Assembly: GCA_030265395.1 (NCBI GenBank)
Contig: JARFYF010000056.1
Coordinates: 28,296,905-28,360,904, forward strand
Length of the DNA: 64,000 bases
Direction of reading: 5' to 3'
Origin: Rhina ancylostomus
Taxonomy: Eukaryota
The notes beneath the pieces were generated by a model. That model was not told the origin of the DNA and did not search any database. It saw nothing but the letters and a program-made list of their open reading frames with translations. Positions 49,810 through 63,178 of this stretch are shown in pieces (the first letter of the stretch is position 1; every line of letters begins with the position of its first letter). The position numbers were made by a program, and so were the translations under genes.

Positions 49810-51697
49810 CTGCAGGATTGTTATAAAAGATCACAAATGAAATATATCCAAAACGTTATAATTAACCAACCCAGTACACAACAATTCACCCCAAAGTATT
49901 TATATGTTATTATATATTGATACATAATATAACTAATATATAGTTATTATATGTTAATATATGTTATTATATATTGCACAAAAGAGTTAACAAAGTGAAC
50001 TCAGTTGCACCTTGTATAGGTCTTATTGATTATAATGGAATAAGAATTTAGACAAAGCATGCAATGCAACTTGCATTTGCATACCTCTAACCATTTACAA
50101 CCATGTACAAAATTCAAATACTAAACTAAGCCAAACAATGTTTTATTTTAAGAAAAGGGAAGAAATGGGGTGAAAGAAAGCCCAGACATGGAGTGCATAA
50201 AAACAGGTCCTTGATGGGAAAAAGATGGTGAGGGAGATGACTGGGACACGGAATTGCAGTTTCCATCAGTGGTGAATGATAGTATGGCATAGAGAATGGA
50301 GAAGATTAAAAATATCTAACAGGCAAGAGTCAGATCAAGGAGCCAGCATAATGATAAAGGGTGGTAATATGTTATTAACATTGGGAGAATAAAGGCCATG
50401 GAAACAAGAAGAATTTTAAATGAGGCAAGAATCAGGGTTATAGAGAGTTTAACATGGGGAGGGAAGATAAAGTATGCTTGAACAAAAATATCGCTGATGG
50501 CTTGGAAGAATTTGTAGAGAATTGTCTATAGTCAACAAACTTCAGATCCCAAAGTTGGCAGAAATGGAGTACAGGAGCCCAATCAGCAGAGCAGAAGAGC
50601 AATTAAGTACGGAAATGAGCAAGGTACAGCTCAGTGTTTCAGTTGATGGTCAGTGGATGTGGGCAACGGTGATGGTAGAAAATGGTGTTTGTGATGACAG
50701 AATGTGCAGTCATGGCTAGAGTCAATTAGAATAATATACTCAAGCAGGATGGTTTAAGCCTGTTAAAAAGACAAATAGTTGTGGATGAGCAATGCAAAAT
50801 CTGATTAATTCCCTGCTCATAATACAACTAAGCTCAGTGAAATGGTCATGTGTTATTAGCTAAAATGGCATAATTCTGCCCTAATAGAATAATGAATTAT
50901 CCACTACATTCTTATCCATCCTTGATCTAATTTTTAACAGAAGTATATTCTACCACGAGAGTGCTACAAGTGGTGCACCAATATATGGAAAATATATTTT
51001 GTTCCATTATGCCACATTTGCTTAGGATAACTGATCTCCACTTTCAATATTTAAGGACACAGTGTTGTAGAGTGGTGTAATCAAGAGAGAGATCAACAGA
51101 TTTCTAATCAAGGATAACGAGATTAGTGCAGAAAGGTACAGCTAAGATAAAAAGGTCATCCACAACTTCACTGGAAAAAGTACAAGGGGTTGAACAGCCT
51201 TCTACTGCTTCTAATCCTCAGGCAAGGTGATGTTTGCATCTCTAATTCACATCATGAGTGAATTATTCTGTATAGCAAAGTGCAGTGCAACCTGACAGTT
51301 GTGAAAGAAGAGCTACAGAGATCACAACAGAAATACATATTCCCTAGAGGTGGTGAACCAAATTTCAAAATTAACAGTAATGAAACCACAACATGTATAT
51401 TACATCTTGTATTGGGAACAGTTGCCTCACCTCCATCCTATTCTTGCTATTTAGAACAGCAATCAAATATTCACAAGATGAATATTCACTTGCTATGATG
51501 TAAATTTATGCTTCTACTTAAGTCATAATTAGATTTGCATTTACTAAATCTCTTAAGTGGACAAGAGTGGAGTTTGCATAGTACGTGTGATCATTTATTC
51601 CATTTGCACTCAAAACAGAATAAAACTCACTCAATAGACTAAGCAGATTATTTCAAACTCTCCCACATAGAACAGAATGAAGTTGCTAAATTTTTAC

Positions 51698-51814
51698 CTC
51701 AAGTTCAGAGTCACTGGAGTCAGGCTGTGCAGAAAGAGCTCCTGCGAGAAATGGCATTGGTTGCCCCATTTTCGCCATTCGAGAAATTAGTTTGGCTTTA
51801 GTTGTATCAGGATT
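51698..51814 (-). CDS. FKBP15: FKBP15 exon (NPDTTKAKLISRMAKMGQPMPFLAGALSAQPDSSDSELE)
   Basis: 117 nt, conserved KAKLISRMAKMGQPM. Confidence 0.96.
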
Positions 51815-52449
51815 CTAACGAAAACAGGAAGAACAAATACAAGGAAATGGTAATTCCCTACGACTTGGGAAGCAAATCCAACAATCAAAAGCAACAAGTG
51901 GGAAATCAGTTCGTTCGTGAAAGGCGCATGATCAGGGTTTAACATTTTGAGCACAAAATCCTGGACATTTAAAAAATATTGGCAGAGTTAGCCAGTTCTG
52001 CTGCAGGTCACCCATCTGCAATAATGGCTCAATTTTTCTCTCCCCTAAAGCATAGCCTGACCTGCTGGGCATTTCCTACACCTCTGCATTTCAAAACTTT
52101 TACATGTCCCTTCCTTTGTGTTCTCACTTCCTCTCTTTCTAACTGCCCTCTTTAATCTATGAAACCATCAATAGTTTATCACCAGAGTATCCCTGGCTTC
52201 ACCCCATCAGGGATATCTCCAATGTCCCATCCATCTTTCCTCCATCCTCTCTGCAACTTAAAACTAACTCATTTTCTTTCTTTCACAGTTCTAACAAAAG
52301 AGTCTTCAACCCAAAATGTTTATTGCTCCTTCTTCCACACCAGGTCTGTAGAATGTTTCCAGCAATTTTGTTGTCATTTTAAATGAAACAATGCATGCCT
52401 GCATGCACCAAGATCTTGACTGTATCAAGGCAAGGGCTTCTAAGTACCA

Positions 52450-53270
52450 CGTTACAAGTGTCAGGCAATGAGCATCTCTTAAGGAAAGAGCCCAACAACC
52501 TACCCATTACATTCGATGGTATTATCAGCTATATATGTGGGTCACCAGAAATGTAATTGGTTGGACCTGCAACAAACACTGAAGCTATAAGAGCAGGTCA
52601 GAGACTGGGGTATCCTGCAGCAAGTGATTCACCTCCTGACACCCCAAAGACTTTCCATATACCTGTGAAGCAGAGTCAGATGACTGAGCACCTGATTCTA
52701 AAGTGTCAACTTTTCTGAAGAAATATTAAACCCAAGATAAGCTATATTAGGTAAATCTCAAAAATTAAAAGTGCACAATTGTCAGACTTAGCTCCATAGA
52801 GAACAAAACTAAGATAAAATATTGTTGACTCATCTGGATGAGTGCAGCTCCAACAACACTCCAAAAGCTTCACACCAAAGTCAAAGCAACCCATTTGATT
52901 GTAACTGTAAGTCACCATCCTTGGTATTCATACCCCTCATTACCAGCTTACCATAGCTGCAATGAAAATTCGCTGTAATTACTTGCCTTTCCAATAGCAC
53001 TTTGCAAATCCACAACATCCATCTAAAATGACAGGGATAGAAGGCACATGGAATCAACACCTGCATCACACACCATTCTGACTTGGAACTACGTTGCCAT
53101 ACCTTCAATACTGCTGGCTCTAAAACCAGAAACTCCTATCCAACATCATAGTCCTTGATCAGAGGAGCTGCAACGTTCAAGGTGGCTCCACACCACCTTC
53201 AAGGGCATTTATGGATGAGGAATAAATGCTGGACTTGCCAGCAGCAACCACTGCCATAAATGAGTAAAGT
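52450..53270 (+). mobile_element. CR1-like LINE fragment (second family)
   Basis: ctggatgagtgcagctccaacaacactc...caccaccttcaagggc...aataaatgctggacttgccagc. Confidence 0.65.
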
Positions 53271-53515
53271 ACGCAGGCCAAGGTGCCCCTTTCAGCAATA
53301 ATTGCAAGAAAAAGCAGAAGGAAGGAATGATTAGAAATGAGCCAAGTTTCTGTACACATCATTATGGATGAACATCAACTGCAAGTAGTTGTCGAATCAT
53401 TTCTTCCGTTAAGGGATAGAACAGGAAATAAAAGGAGGCATAGAATATTAATAGCCAAAAGAAACCAAGAGTAGAAATTATAGTTCAATAACCAAGAGGC
53501 AACCCCCATACTTAC

Positions 53516-53564
53516 TGAAAGCATGTCGCTTAATGAGGTGGACTTTGCCCGTACATTATGCTCC
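53516..53564 (-). CDS. FKBP15: FKBP15 exon (EHNVRAKSTSLSDMLS)
   Basis: 49 nt, phase 2-0, tttttttcag acceptor, gtaagt donor. Confidence 0.9.
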
Positions 53565-56029
53565 CTGAAAAAAAATGAATTGAAATTATGCTCACTGATG
53601 ACAAAATTAACAACCTTTTTAAATGATGAGCCCTTTTGCTTCTTTCGTCTCCTAATACGGTCATGATAATTCGACTGATGCCAGAAATCTTGTGAGAGCT
53701 CTTTTTACAAATAAGCCAAACAGAAAACTGGAATGTCAGCTGCAGAAATCAGTGCAATGCCTCAAAACACCCAGGCCACCTTTACCAAAAATCCATACAA
53801 AGGCTGGGTTGTGCAGTGAAGCTACAAGGAGAGGCACATCAGTCCTCCTGGAATCCCATTCATTAATCCACTGCTAAATTATTCCTTAATTGCACTGAAT
53901 GCAATACACAGAATTTTAGAAACTAAATATCATAGTGATTTAAACCCAGAATAACTGAAGTTAGACGAATCCCAGAAATCAAAACCAGGTGCTCAGTGGT
54001 CAAATTCTGCTCCACACAGAGAAATCACAATCCAACAAAGTAATGAACTCATTAGGTAAACCTTTTGTTAGTTTCTAATTGAAGGTTCTGAAGATTCCTG
54101 CAAAATTGTAAAGAGACTAAAGATACTTTCCCTCTCAAAAAGACCAATGATCCAACCCACTAAGATTGGCAACATTGTCCTTTATTCTTGAAGTAGACTG
54201 TGCATGGAACTTGTACCTCACTGGGAAGGAACTCCCCCCCAGAAGTGGTCAGCGGGAGCACATCGGCTCACCACTGGTTGCAAAATCCTGAACAGTGCCC
54301 TTCAGGTAGCCCCAGCATAAATACCATCTCAGTCATTCAACACTGACCCAGGATTTGATCTTTGACAGGGAAGTGCACAAGCAGAAAAATTATACCAGCA
54401 TTTGCGGGGGGGGGGAGACAGTTTTCTATTCTAATGTGGGTTTGCTGGCAAGCCGTCTCCTCCTCCATCTACCTCCCACCTGCTGAAGCTATTAAATTAC
54501 AATGTTTGACAGCCAGCTTTGTCAGGGGCATGGTTTTGCAGCTATCAAAGTTCTTAAGATTTTTTTTGGGGGGTGGTCTTGTTTTACGTCAGCATAAAAG
54601 GGCAGCTACTAGAGGGCCTTGGAACTCACACTGGGAGCACCTCTCCAAATAAGGTTTACATATATTTCTGAGGTTAGTGCTTACTATAAACAGAGCCACT
54701 GCATTGCTTAGGTAACTGTAAGAAAAATACTATCCCCAAGTCACCTGACCCAGGACCAAAACAGGACTCCACCTTTGTTAGGTGACCAGGTATAAAATTA
54801 AACAAAGGACACCTCAAATGTAACAGCCTAATTCCCCATTTAAATATAGGCTGGCTCACTGAATACAAGAGCATTGGGAGCCTTTCTCTCTTCTCCTAGA
54901 AGGTCAGATTTGGCTTTCTTTTAGTTTAATGCAGTCTCAGAGAAATCACTAGCCTGAAAGGTACAAACTTTTTGATAAGGACAGGATAACACAACCTATT
55001 AATTTCCACGTTACAAGGAATGCTGCAAATAAAAAGGTTAGTGTTCATTCAAAATACAACTGCTTGCCAAATCATTTCTCAGTGACACCAGAATTTTCTT
55101 TCAGTCATCACTACACTAAAGACATTAGGTCAGCTTTCCTCAAAGAATATCTGGCCTGCTTCAGCGGACGTTTTAGTATACAGTTCTCCCTCAATCACCC
55201 TTCCCCCTTGTGCCACTTCCCCAAGGACTTGGTACTGTGCAGATGAGGCAGACATGTGGTCAACCTCTTTGAGAACAGAACTGGTGAATCAACATATGTT
55301 AAAGATTAGGGAAGTGCCAGTTTCAAACCCTGCTGTTGAACTAGCTGATAACAGAATATACGGTTGGCTGCATTCTGTTAGATATCCATCTATTTGCTAT
55401 CGCACTCAGTTCAGAGCAGGTCACTTCCAATTCTTCCCCAGCATCCCCCCCCCCCCACCTCCCAACCACCCCATTTGAAAAAGCCCTTGCTACTGACAGT
55501 GAGATTCTGTCTTTAAAGTGCCTCAGAGAATTGCAAGATTCAGATTTAGGATCACTTTGTTTGGATGTACAAGAAACTGTAGTAGGTAGAATCAGCCCTG
55601 CAGCATAATGAACCTACCCTGTCATTCAACAAGATCTTAGCTGAACAATAGTGAATTATATCAACCACAGTTTTCTGCCCCATTGCTTGATTTCCTTTGC
55701 CCAGTATCCATCGCTCAGTACTGTTTATAGAGAATAAACAATTGTCTATAGAGATAAGGGATGGAGAGTTCCAAAGATACACAAATGAGTAAAGAAAGCC
55801 CTTGGGTGTGAATCAGCCAATTACTCTAAGAACATGCCTGCTAGTACTAGATTCCTCAGCAGCTGCCAGCATCCATTATGTCAAGGCCTTCAGGAATTTT
55901 GCTTCTACCAGATCTCCTCTCATACATCTAAACACCAGGAAGTATAGCCCCACCCTTCTTAATTTCCGGGATGAGGGGGCTTTCTAGTCAATATCATTGT
56001 GCTCTCTTCCTTAGTTAAGTAAGATGCCC

Positions 56030-56850
56030 TAGGCCCAGACATCTTCAGCTGCTTCATCAATGACCTTATTTCTATGAGCAGGATGTTCACTCAGGATTGC
56101 ACAAATGTTCACTTCCATTCACAGTTCCTCAGAAAATGATTCATCCACTGCACACAAGAATCTAGAAAACATTCAAGCCTAGACTGTCCAGTGGTCAATA
56201 ACATTACCATTGCACATACTGAGCAATAGCCATCTCCAACAGGAGAGAATCTAGTCACCTGTGACCCTCAGTGCATTACCATCACCAAGTTCCCCACCAG
56301 GAACAGCCTGGCGGTCACCATTGATCAGAAGTTCAGTTGAACAAACTACATAAATATGATGGCTTTAAGTGCAGGTGCAAGGCACAGCATCCTCCAGCAC
56401 AACTCATCTCCAAACACTCCAAAAAGTTTTCTAACATTTACAAGGGATGTCAAAAGAAATATGGAATACTCTATTTGTCTGGATCAGTGCAGTTCCAACG
56501 CAAGAATTTCAACACGATCCAAGATAAAGTAGCCCACTTAATTGGCACCTGATGCACCGCTGTAAACACTTGTACCTGACATCACTGAGGCATAGTGACT
56601 ACAGTGTGTACCACCAACTGAGTATTTTAGTTACTTGCCCAAACTACTCTGGCAAACCTCCCAAACCTACAGCCTTTTTCATCTAGAAGATAAAGGACAC
56701 CAGATACATAGAAACAACATCCTCTGTAGCCTTCCCGAGTCTCATACCACCTTGAATTGGAAATACATGACCATTTCTCTATTATCCTTGTGCACAAATA
56801 TTAGAAATCCCTACCGATAACAGAGCACCATTACTGGGGCAGCTTACCTT
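56030..56850 (+). mobile_element. CR1-like LINE fragment (second family)
   Basis: cctaggcccagacatcttcagctgcttcatcaatgacct RT motif and downstream similarity to 24020-24485. Confidence 0.65.
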
Positions 56851-57426
56851 TATTTTATCAACAGCATCTGAGAATAGACAAAAATGTTGACCTTGACAGT
56901 AATGCCAAATTCCCATAAAATCCTTGTGCATCCTCAAAGCCCTATATAATTTCAGAGCGCTTTTTATTCTTGCATTTCGATCCACCCTCAACATACAATA
57001 CAACTTGCCTCTAATTGATTAGAAATAAAATTTGACACAAGAGCCACAAGAGTTCAAGCACAAAGCCAGAAATGTAATTTTCTATACCCTGTAAATCACA
57101 GAACTTAAGCAAATGGTCAATTCATTGCATTCTGGCAACAAAGTGCCCTTTTTTTTTGTAAACAGCACCCCGTCCCCCTCCTTTTCATACCCAATACCAG
57201 CAGAAGTCAGAAGGAAATGCATCTGAATCCTCACACTTGCAGTGTCCTTTCTCACACTGACAATTCAACAATAGATCACACAAAGCATGTTAGAATCAAG
57301 TCCCAAACGCAAGATAGAAAGTACGAATCTTTACTAGAAAACCACTGATCTTGGTCAAATTGTAAACAGGAAACTTGGGAGTGGCACAGGACATGTTGAG
57401 CTCTCAATATTCTACAGGTTTCCTAC

Positions 57427-57569
57427 CCAGGTTTCGGAGGAATAGACACTGGTGCTGGGATTGAAGTTTCCATTGGCAAGCTTTCAACACTGGGAGCTGG
57501 TGAAGATGCAACTGAATCACGAGAGCCAATACTCTGCCTGTCGAATCCCGATTCCTTTGCAAACTTTAC
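57427..57569 (-). CDS. FKBP15: FKBP15 exon (VKFAKESGFDRQSIGSRDSVASSPAPSVESLPMETSIPAPVSIPPKP)
   Basis: 143 nt, phase 0-2. Confidence 0.93.
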
Positions 57570-58077
57570 CTGAGAGTTAAGAATACTGCAGTGAAACTCC
57601 TGCTACGAAAATATTAAACATAACCCTACCAACTCACATACGTGGTCACTGGTCAAAACAGAAATCAGTATTTTGCTTACATATCTGTGCAATGAAAATT
57701 GGCATTCCACTTAACCCAAAAACATCAACATATATAAAATTCTTAAACAGGTCACGCTACGTCCAAAATACTAATCTTTGAAACAAAAATCATATCAATT
57801 TACACGTACCTAATCCCACCACTCCTGCATTTATACAATTGTCTTTTATTGTCCAAATTCTCACAAGCCTCATCAAACAGCACCATTCTCAGCTACGGAA
57901 GATTTCAAAAGGTAGCTGAAACTTTGCTAAAGATTTACGATCTTTAGGGAAGAACAGAGGAAGTCCCTATTAGTCTCTAAATTAGCCTAGACATGAGAAT
58001 TTAATCTCAGGGATTAAAGATCCATTTATATGCAATTACCACTCTATTTGATTATCTCAATCTCAGATAATACTCAC

Positions 58078-58221
58078 CCTTTTAACCTCCACCTCAAAGA
58101 TAAGTGTGGAATCAGGTGGAATCCTGTTTGGCATTCCTTGTGATCCATATGCCTGATTTGGAGGTATAATCAATAGCCTCTTTGCACTTTTCTTCATTCC
58201 CAGCATCCCAACTTCCCAGCC
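58078..58221 (-). CDS. FKBP15: FKBP15 exon, FKBP domain C-half (GWEVGMLGMKKSAKRLLIIPPNQAYGSQGMPNRIPPDSTLIFEVEVKR)
   Basis: 144 nt, FKBP signature GW..G..GM...AYG...IPP.STL.FEVE. Confidence 0.96.
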
Positions 58222-59223
58222 CTGCAAAAAATGGCAGTTCTAAAATTAAACAAAGTATATGCAATAAACTAATATAGAAATATAAATCTAACAACAGTAG
58301 AAGTGGTCACAAAGCTATTTGGAAGTGAAAAAAACCAATCAATTCATTAATGTCTTATTCATAACATAGTCTGGCCAAAGTCTGCATGTGTGATTATAGT
58401 TGTGCTATTGTGCCATTGTGTTAAACAACACTTATTGGTATTGAATAATAGGTTAAAAAAAAGTGGGAGGAGAAAGGTGGTGCCAAAATCTGATGGGGGT
58501 TCATTGAGACCATGACAGTAACTGCAAGACAGTTAACAGCAAGGCAGTCGGCCAATAACTGTTTTCCTTCAGTCTCCACGGTAGATAGGACAGTAATGTT
58601 GCAACCCAAACTAAATCTAGAAATTAATAAACAGTTGAAATAATATTTATACCAGAAAATGTTACCACATGACAAATGGCACAGAAGTAGGTGGCCCCAA
58701 ACAGTTTCCAGACAAAGTTACTAAAAAGAAAATCACTGAATTTGAGGATGAGACCTTAAGATTGGATAGCACCATTGGACACAAGTAAGAGACCTGCTAA
58801 GTAACTGAAGGCCAGTGAGGCAGCAGTAGAAAATTTTCTAAAGGTCACCAATTTGATAAAGTGCATGAAAGCTACCAGTACTCAAGGTCTCCAACCAGTG
58901 ATAGCATCAGAAAACAGCATCTTCTATACCAAGGATAATTGTGAACTACCATGTGAGCAAGGCACGAGCATGACACAGACCCAGCATAAATAAAAAATGA
59001 AGAAAATCAGTAATAACAAACTGTGGGAAATGATGAAACAAAACCCTTACAGTAACACGATACAAGTCCACATTTGATACATGTGCTTAATATTATCATA
59101 GATTGCAAATTCATTGGACTTAAATGCACTGCATTGATTATAACAATCTACAAACATAGACCCCATCCATGCCCCATTTTCCTTACACGAACCAGTGTCC
59201 TATGCATTCACCCCGGGAGCTAC

Positions 59224-59292
59224 CTTGATCACTTTCCCCGATCCTAGTTTCAATCGCAGCAATTTGTCTTTGTTGACATTTGTGTCAAACAC
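59224..59292 (-). CDS. FKBP15: FKBP15 exon, FKBP domain (VFDTNVNKDKLLRLKLGSGKVIK)
   Basis: 69 nt, phase 0-0. Confidence 0.96.
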
Positions 59293-59727
59293 CTGAAAAA
59301 CAAAATGAAGAATGAAGATTTCTCTGTTCTACTCCTTTCTCAGCCACAATCAAACAAGCTTCTTTTCGATTATTTTCGTCACCAATCATTCCAAGGTCTT
59401 TGGAATGGAACTGAATCTCAATAAGCATTGTATTAGTTTAGGAAGTGAATCAGGATTGCCATGCATGGGCACACTTACAGCCAACAAACAAAGGCATCCA
59501 TGAGGCTTTATTTTAAATAACTGATTGACTGTACCACTCAAGAATCTGAAGTCAGAAAATGTAATTATTATCTATTGTTTCACATTCCAAGTTTTGGCTC
59601 AGATGTTATTTGGACTTTAACCATGGCCTATTTTAAAAGGACAAACCATAACACTGAAGGGGAGAAACAGAACATAATTCAGTAAGACCCCACACCAACC
59701 TAATTTCACTAACTCAATTAACCATAC

Positions 59728-59877
59728 CTGTCCAAATGTGTTGTTCTGGTAAAGCCAACCTGTGTACGACACTTCCAGAGAGTCACCTGTTTCAACTGCC
59801 TGTCCTTCACCTGGGATCAGATCCTGGATTAGCACAGATTCCAACGATGAGGTGCAGTTGCATTTTGCTATGCACAC
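59728..59877 (-). CDS. FKBP15: FKBP15 exon (VCIAKCNCTSSLESVLIQDLIPGEGQAVETGDSLEVSYTGWLYQNNTFGQ)
   Basis: 150 nt, start of FKBP domain. Confidence 0.96.
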
Positions 59878-61261
59878 CTGCACAGGGACAAAATGTAGAG
59901 TGACACAGGAGGGCCTGAGAAGAATGCATCCTAACAATGGTTACAGTAAGAATTTGGCAGAGCAAAGTCTTCAGTTACAGCTATTGTGACAAGCCATAAA
60001 ACATGAAGACATTATCATGCCGCCACTTTTACAAACTACACAACAAGTTAATGAGTATACTATGTTCTCTGAAGAACTCTTATCAAATCAGTGATGAAAA
60101 CTTGTATATGGTGAATTCAAACTGTTAATCAGGTTATCATGGTATCAAAAGGATAATGCCTGATTATTTAACCAATCCAGGATAACATCAGAATGCCACA
60201 AAATTATATTAGCCATCAAAAGGTTTACAAACATTAGAATATTTTTCTTCCTCAAAAAACTTAGGATGGTCTTCCAAATAGACTAGACAGCAAGATTGGA
60301 TGCAATCACCTTTTTGTGTGAATATTAGTTTAAAGAGAACAGAAGTATCTGCACTGTGTTCTGAATATACACAGATTCAGAAAATGCAGAGAGAATACAA
60401 GTAGTAATAAGCCATACAGCCTTTCAAGCCTATTCCATCATTCAATATAACAGATGGAGCTGTGCCTCAAGTCCATGATTGCCATCTCTTCCGATTACCT
60501 TGGTGCCCAAAAATCTATCAACCTCAAACTTGAATATACTCATTAGCAGCATCCACAGATCTCTACAGCAGAGATTTTCCTACACTTACAAACCTCTGAA
60601 CAGGAAATCTCTCTCCTAAAATGCTCAGGTGTTTATCATGAGATCATATTCTCTTGTTCTACAGACTTCAGTGCTGGCAGAATTAGCTCTGTAGTATCTA
60701 CTCCTTTGCCAATTCCTCAACCTTATGTTGTCCTGAGAACAGTACTGAGGGAGGAACAGTTCCTCAATATTCAATGATATTACTGAGATCACAAATAGAC
60801 TTGCTACACCATAGTCCAAACTCTACTCACAATGCCTCAACATGATTCCACAAGCTTCCAGCTGCCTCCTACGAGGAACCAGGAGATAAGTCTGAAGCCA
60901 TTCAAGAAAGTTATCATCCACCCACATTTCATTGTGTGCTGCAGTAGTTACAAGATGAGCCAAGTAATCCAGAAACTATGTATTAAAAATTCAGGAGTCC
61001 AAGATCAAATTCCATATTTTCTGCAGGAGTTTAAGAAAGTGACTTATTTCTAGCCCCCAGACTTGTTAGCAACACTCTTGTGAAACCATTCACTTAGATC
61101 ACAAAACTTCAGTTCCCTTGCTCTACATTTTTTATGTTCTTTTTTTAAAAAAATCAATAATTGTTAAATTTTAACTTGCTCATACGTTAAAATTTTTTAA
61201 AAAGTTATANNNNNNNNNNNNNNNNNNNNNNNNNNNNNNNACAGAGCAACTTGAACTTTAC

Positions 61262-61360
61262 CTGTTTGCTGAATTCCACTACAGCCTTCTCAGATTCAAA
61301 CATGATTGACCAGTTCTGCCTCTGATCATCATAAAACATACAGTAATTATTGGCTTGAAC
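61262..61360 (-). CDS. FKBP15: FKBP15 exon (VQANNYCMFYDDQRQNWSIMFESEKAVVEFSKQ)
   Basis: 99 nt, WH1/PH-like N-terminal domain. Confidence 0.96.
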
Positions 61361-62905
61361 CTGAAGGGAAAGAATATTAAGATGAGTTTCGATAACCAGA
61401 ATGGTCTCCAATGGCTCATTTGATAACACACTTCATGTGGATTTGGTACAGTTAATTTCACAAGTTGCCCTCAACTAAGATGCTAGAATTGGTCACATCG
61501 TCCTGGAATTGAGCTGAAAGGGAGGGAGGGGTTGGCAGTGATGGGACTGTTGAGAGCAGAAAAGTTAAAAATCAAGGATCCCTCTGCTGTTTATCATCCA
61601 GAGGTCATCAATATTGAATAACTTATGTTTGAAAACTTGAATAGTTTTCTGACACATCCCTCAGTTCAAATTGGACTAATGGCCACTGAGGCAAGTTAAT
61701 GAGTGACTAGGATCTGCAGAACTTTACCCAAAACACATGGTACCTTTAAACAAACCAAAAACATAGTAGTGGAGCAGAGGATTGAAACAGAAGGGAAATA
61801 TACATAAAACTGTGTGGTCCCAAATCATATTTGGCACAACTGCTATTACGTTTACCCTAATAGGAGCAGGCCATATAGCCCTTTGAGCCGCCCAATCCAC
61901 GTAGACTTTGATTCCCTAGACTTCAAATCTCTCAGTCAGCCTTAATAGCTCAGAATTCACAGTCCTGAGGCAGAAGATTCCAAAGATTTGCAACCCTCTT
62001 GGAAGAAATTCCCTCTCATAAAAGTCTTAAGTATCAACTTCTTATCCTGGAATGATTTTACATACTCTGTAAACCCTCCTCAGAATCTTAAGGATCACTT
62101 CTCATTCTTCTGAGCTCCAGGAGTACAGGTCCAATCTACTCACCCTTTGCCCAAAGAAATTTCTTCATCCTTGAGAACGATCCATTATAGATTCTCCACA
62201 CTGCTTCCAAGTATACTATGCTCCAGTTGTGGTCTCAAAACCATACACAGCTATAGCAATACATTTGTTCAATATCCCCTTTCTAATAAAGGCCAACATT
62301 CCATTCTCTTATTTAACCAAAATACAGGCCATTATTCTAAAGCTGAACCATGGTGATTGAGCAAGGCAAGCCCAACTTTGCAACTCAGTTTGCAAGTCAA
62401 CCTGCTAACAGCAGCGTACAGTCCAAGGAAATACTTCCAAAAGCAACAAGAGGAGAGAAACCTAAAAAATACCTATACCAAAAACAGCATGCTTCTTTAA
62501 CCACTACCAACAAAAAGGAAATATATAATCTGAATTCATCAACAATCCAATCTATAAGTGTAGAGGCCTAACCAGAATTTCACCATTACTTAAATCAACA
62601 CCCAAAGTAATTTTAAATATTCCCCATTAAAGAAGACTATATGAAACCTCCAAATTCTTTATTGGCATGTTTCCAGTTGAGATAACCTATACTAATGTTA
62701 ATTCTATCACATTATCCCCAGGAATTCCCTCCAAACACACATTGAAGTTACTATTAGCAACAAAAACATCCCCTTATTCATCATTTGAATAATATTGAAA
62801 GGTGACAAAGAATTTACTTTTGATTGTTAAATCTCAACTAACACAGTTATGAACAGATGAACATCATATCCAATAACCACAACCTTCAAAGAAATAGTTA
62901 CTCAC

Positions 62906-62980
62906 AGTAAAAGTGAACATTGAAGTGATGCGAGCAGCTGCAATTTTCTTCTGTTGACTAGCATACAGTAGAATCTTGTA
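62906..62980 (-). CDS. FKBP15: FKBP15 exon (YKILLYASQQKKIAAARITSMFTFT)
   Basis: 75 nt, gtgagt donor. Confidence 0.93.
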
Positions 62981-63108
62981 CTAATAGGGTCAGAGAATAA
63001 GGAATTAACTTCCAAGCAAAATACACAAACTCACATTCATCTTACTTATTAACTGAAGAAATAACCACATCATACTGTACTTCTGCTTGCTTGATCAGAA
63101 GGACCCAC

Positions 63109-63178
63109 CTCTCCTGAAGCATGGTTTCCAAGAATTGCTGCCCCCAGCTTGCCTTGTTTAACATACTGACCATTCAGG
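63109..63178 (-). CDS. FKBP15: FKBP15 exon (LNGQYVKQGKLGAAILGNHASGE)
   Basis: 70 nt, phase 2-0, conserved NGQYVKQGK.GAA.LGNH. Confidence 0.95.

Larger units (their letters stand above)
9081..63178 (-). other. FKBP15: FKBP15 (WAFL/FKBP133) gene, 26 coding exons in window; 5' exons beyond the right edge
   Basis: All exons are GT-AG and phase-compatible, totalling 3628 nt. Domain order is WH1-like region, FKBP domain, coiled coil, acidic tail ending ...LFGDDDDDDDFDWLG*. Confidence 0.97.

Noticed and set aside
49900-49978. AT-rich stretch with repeated atatgttattatatattg
   Set aside because: Simple low-complexity duplication
11840-62300. Strand bias of intronic LINE fragments relative to FKBP15
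   Set aside because: Both orientations occur and there are too few confidently oriented copies
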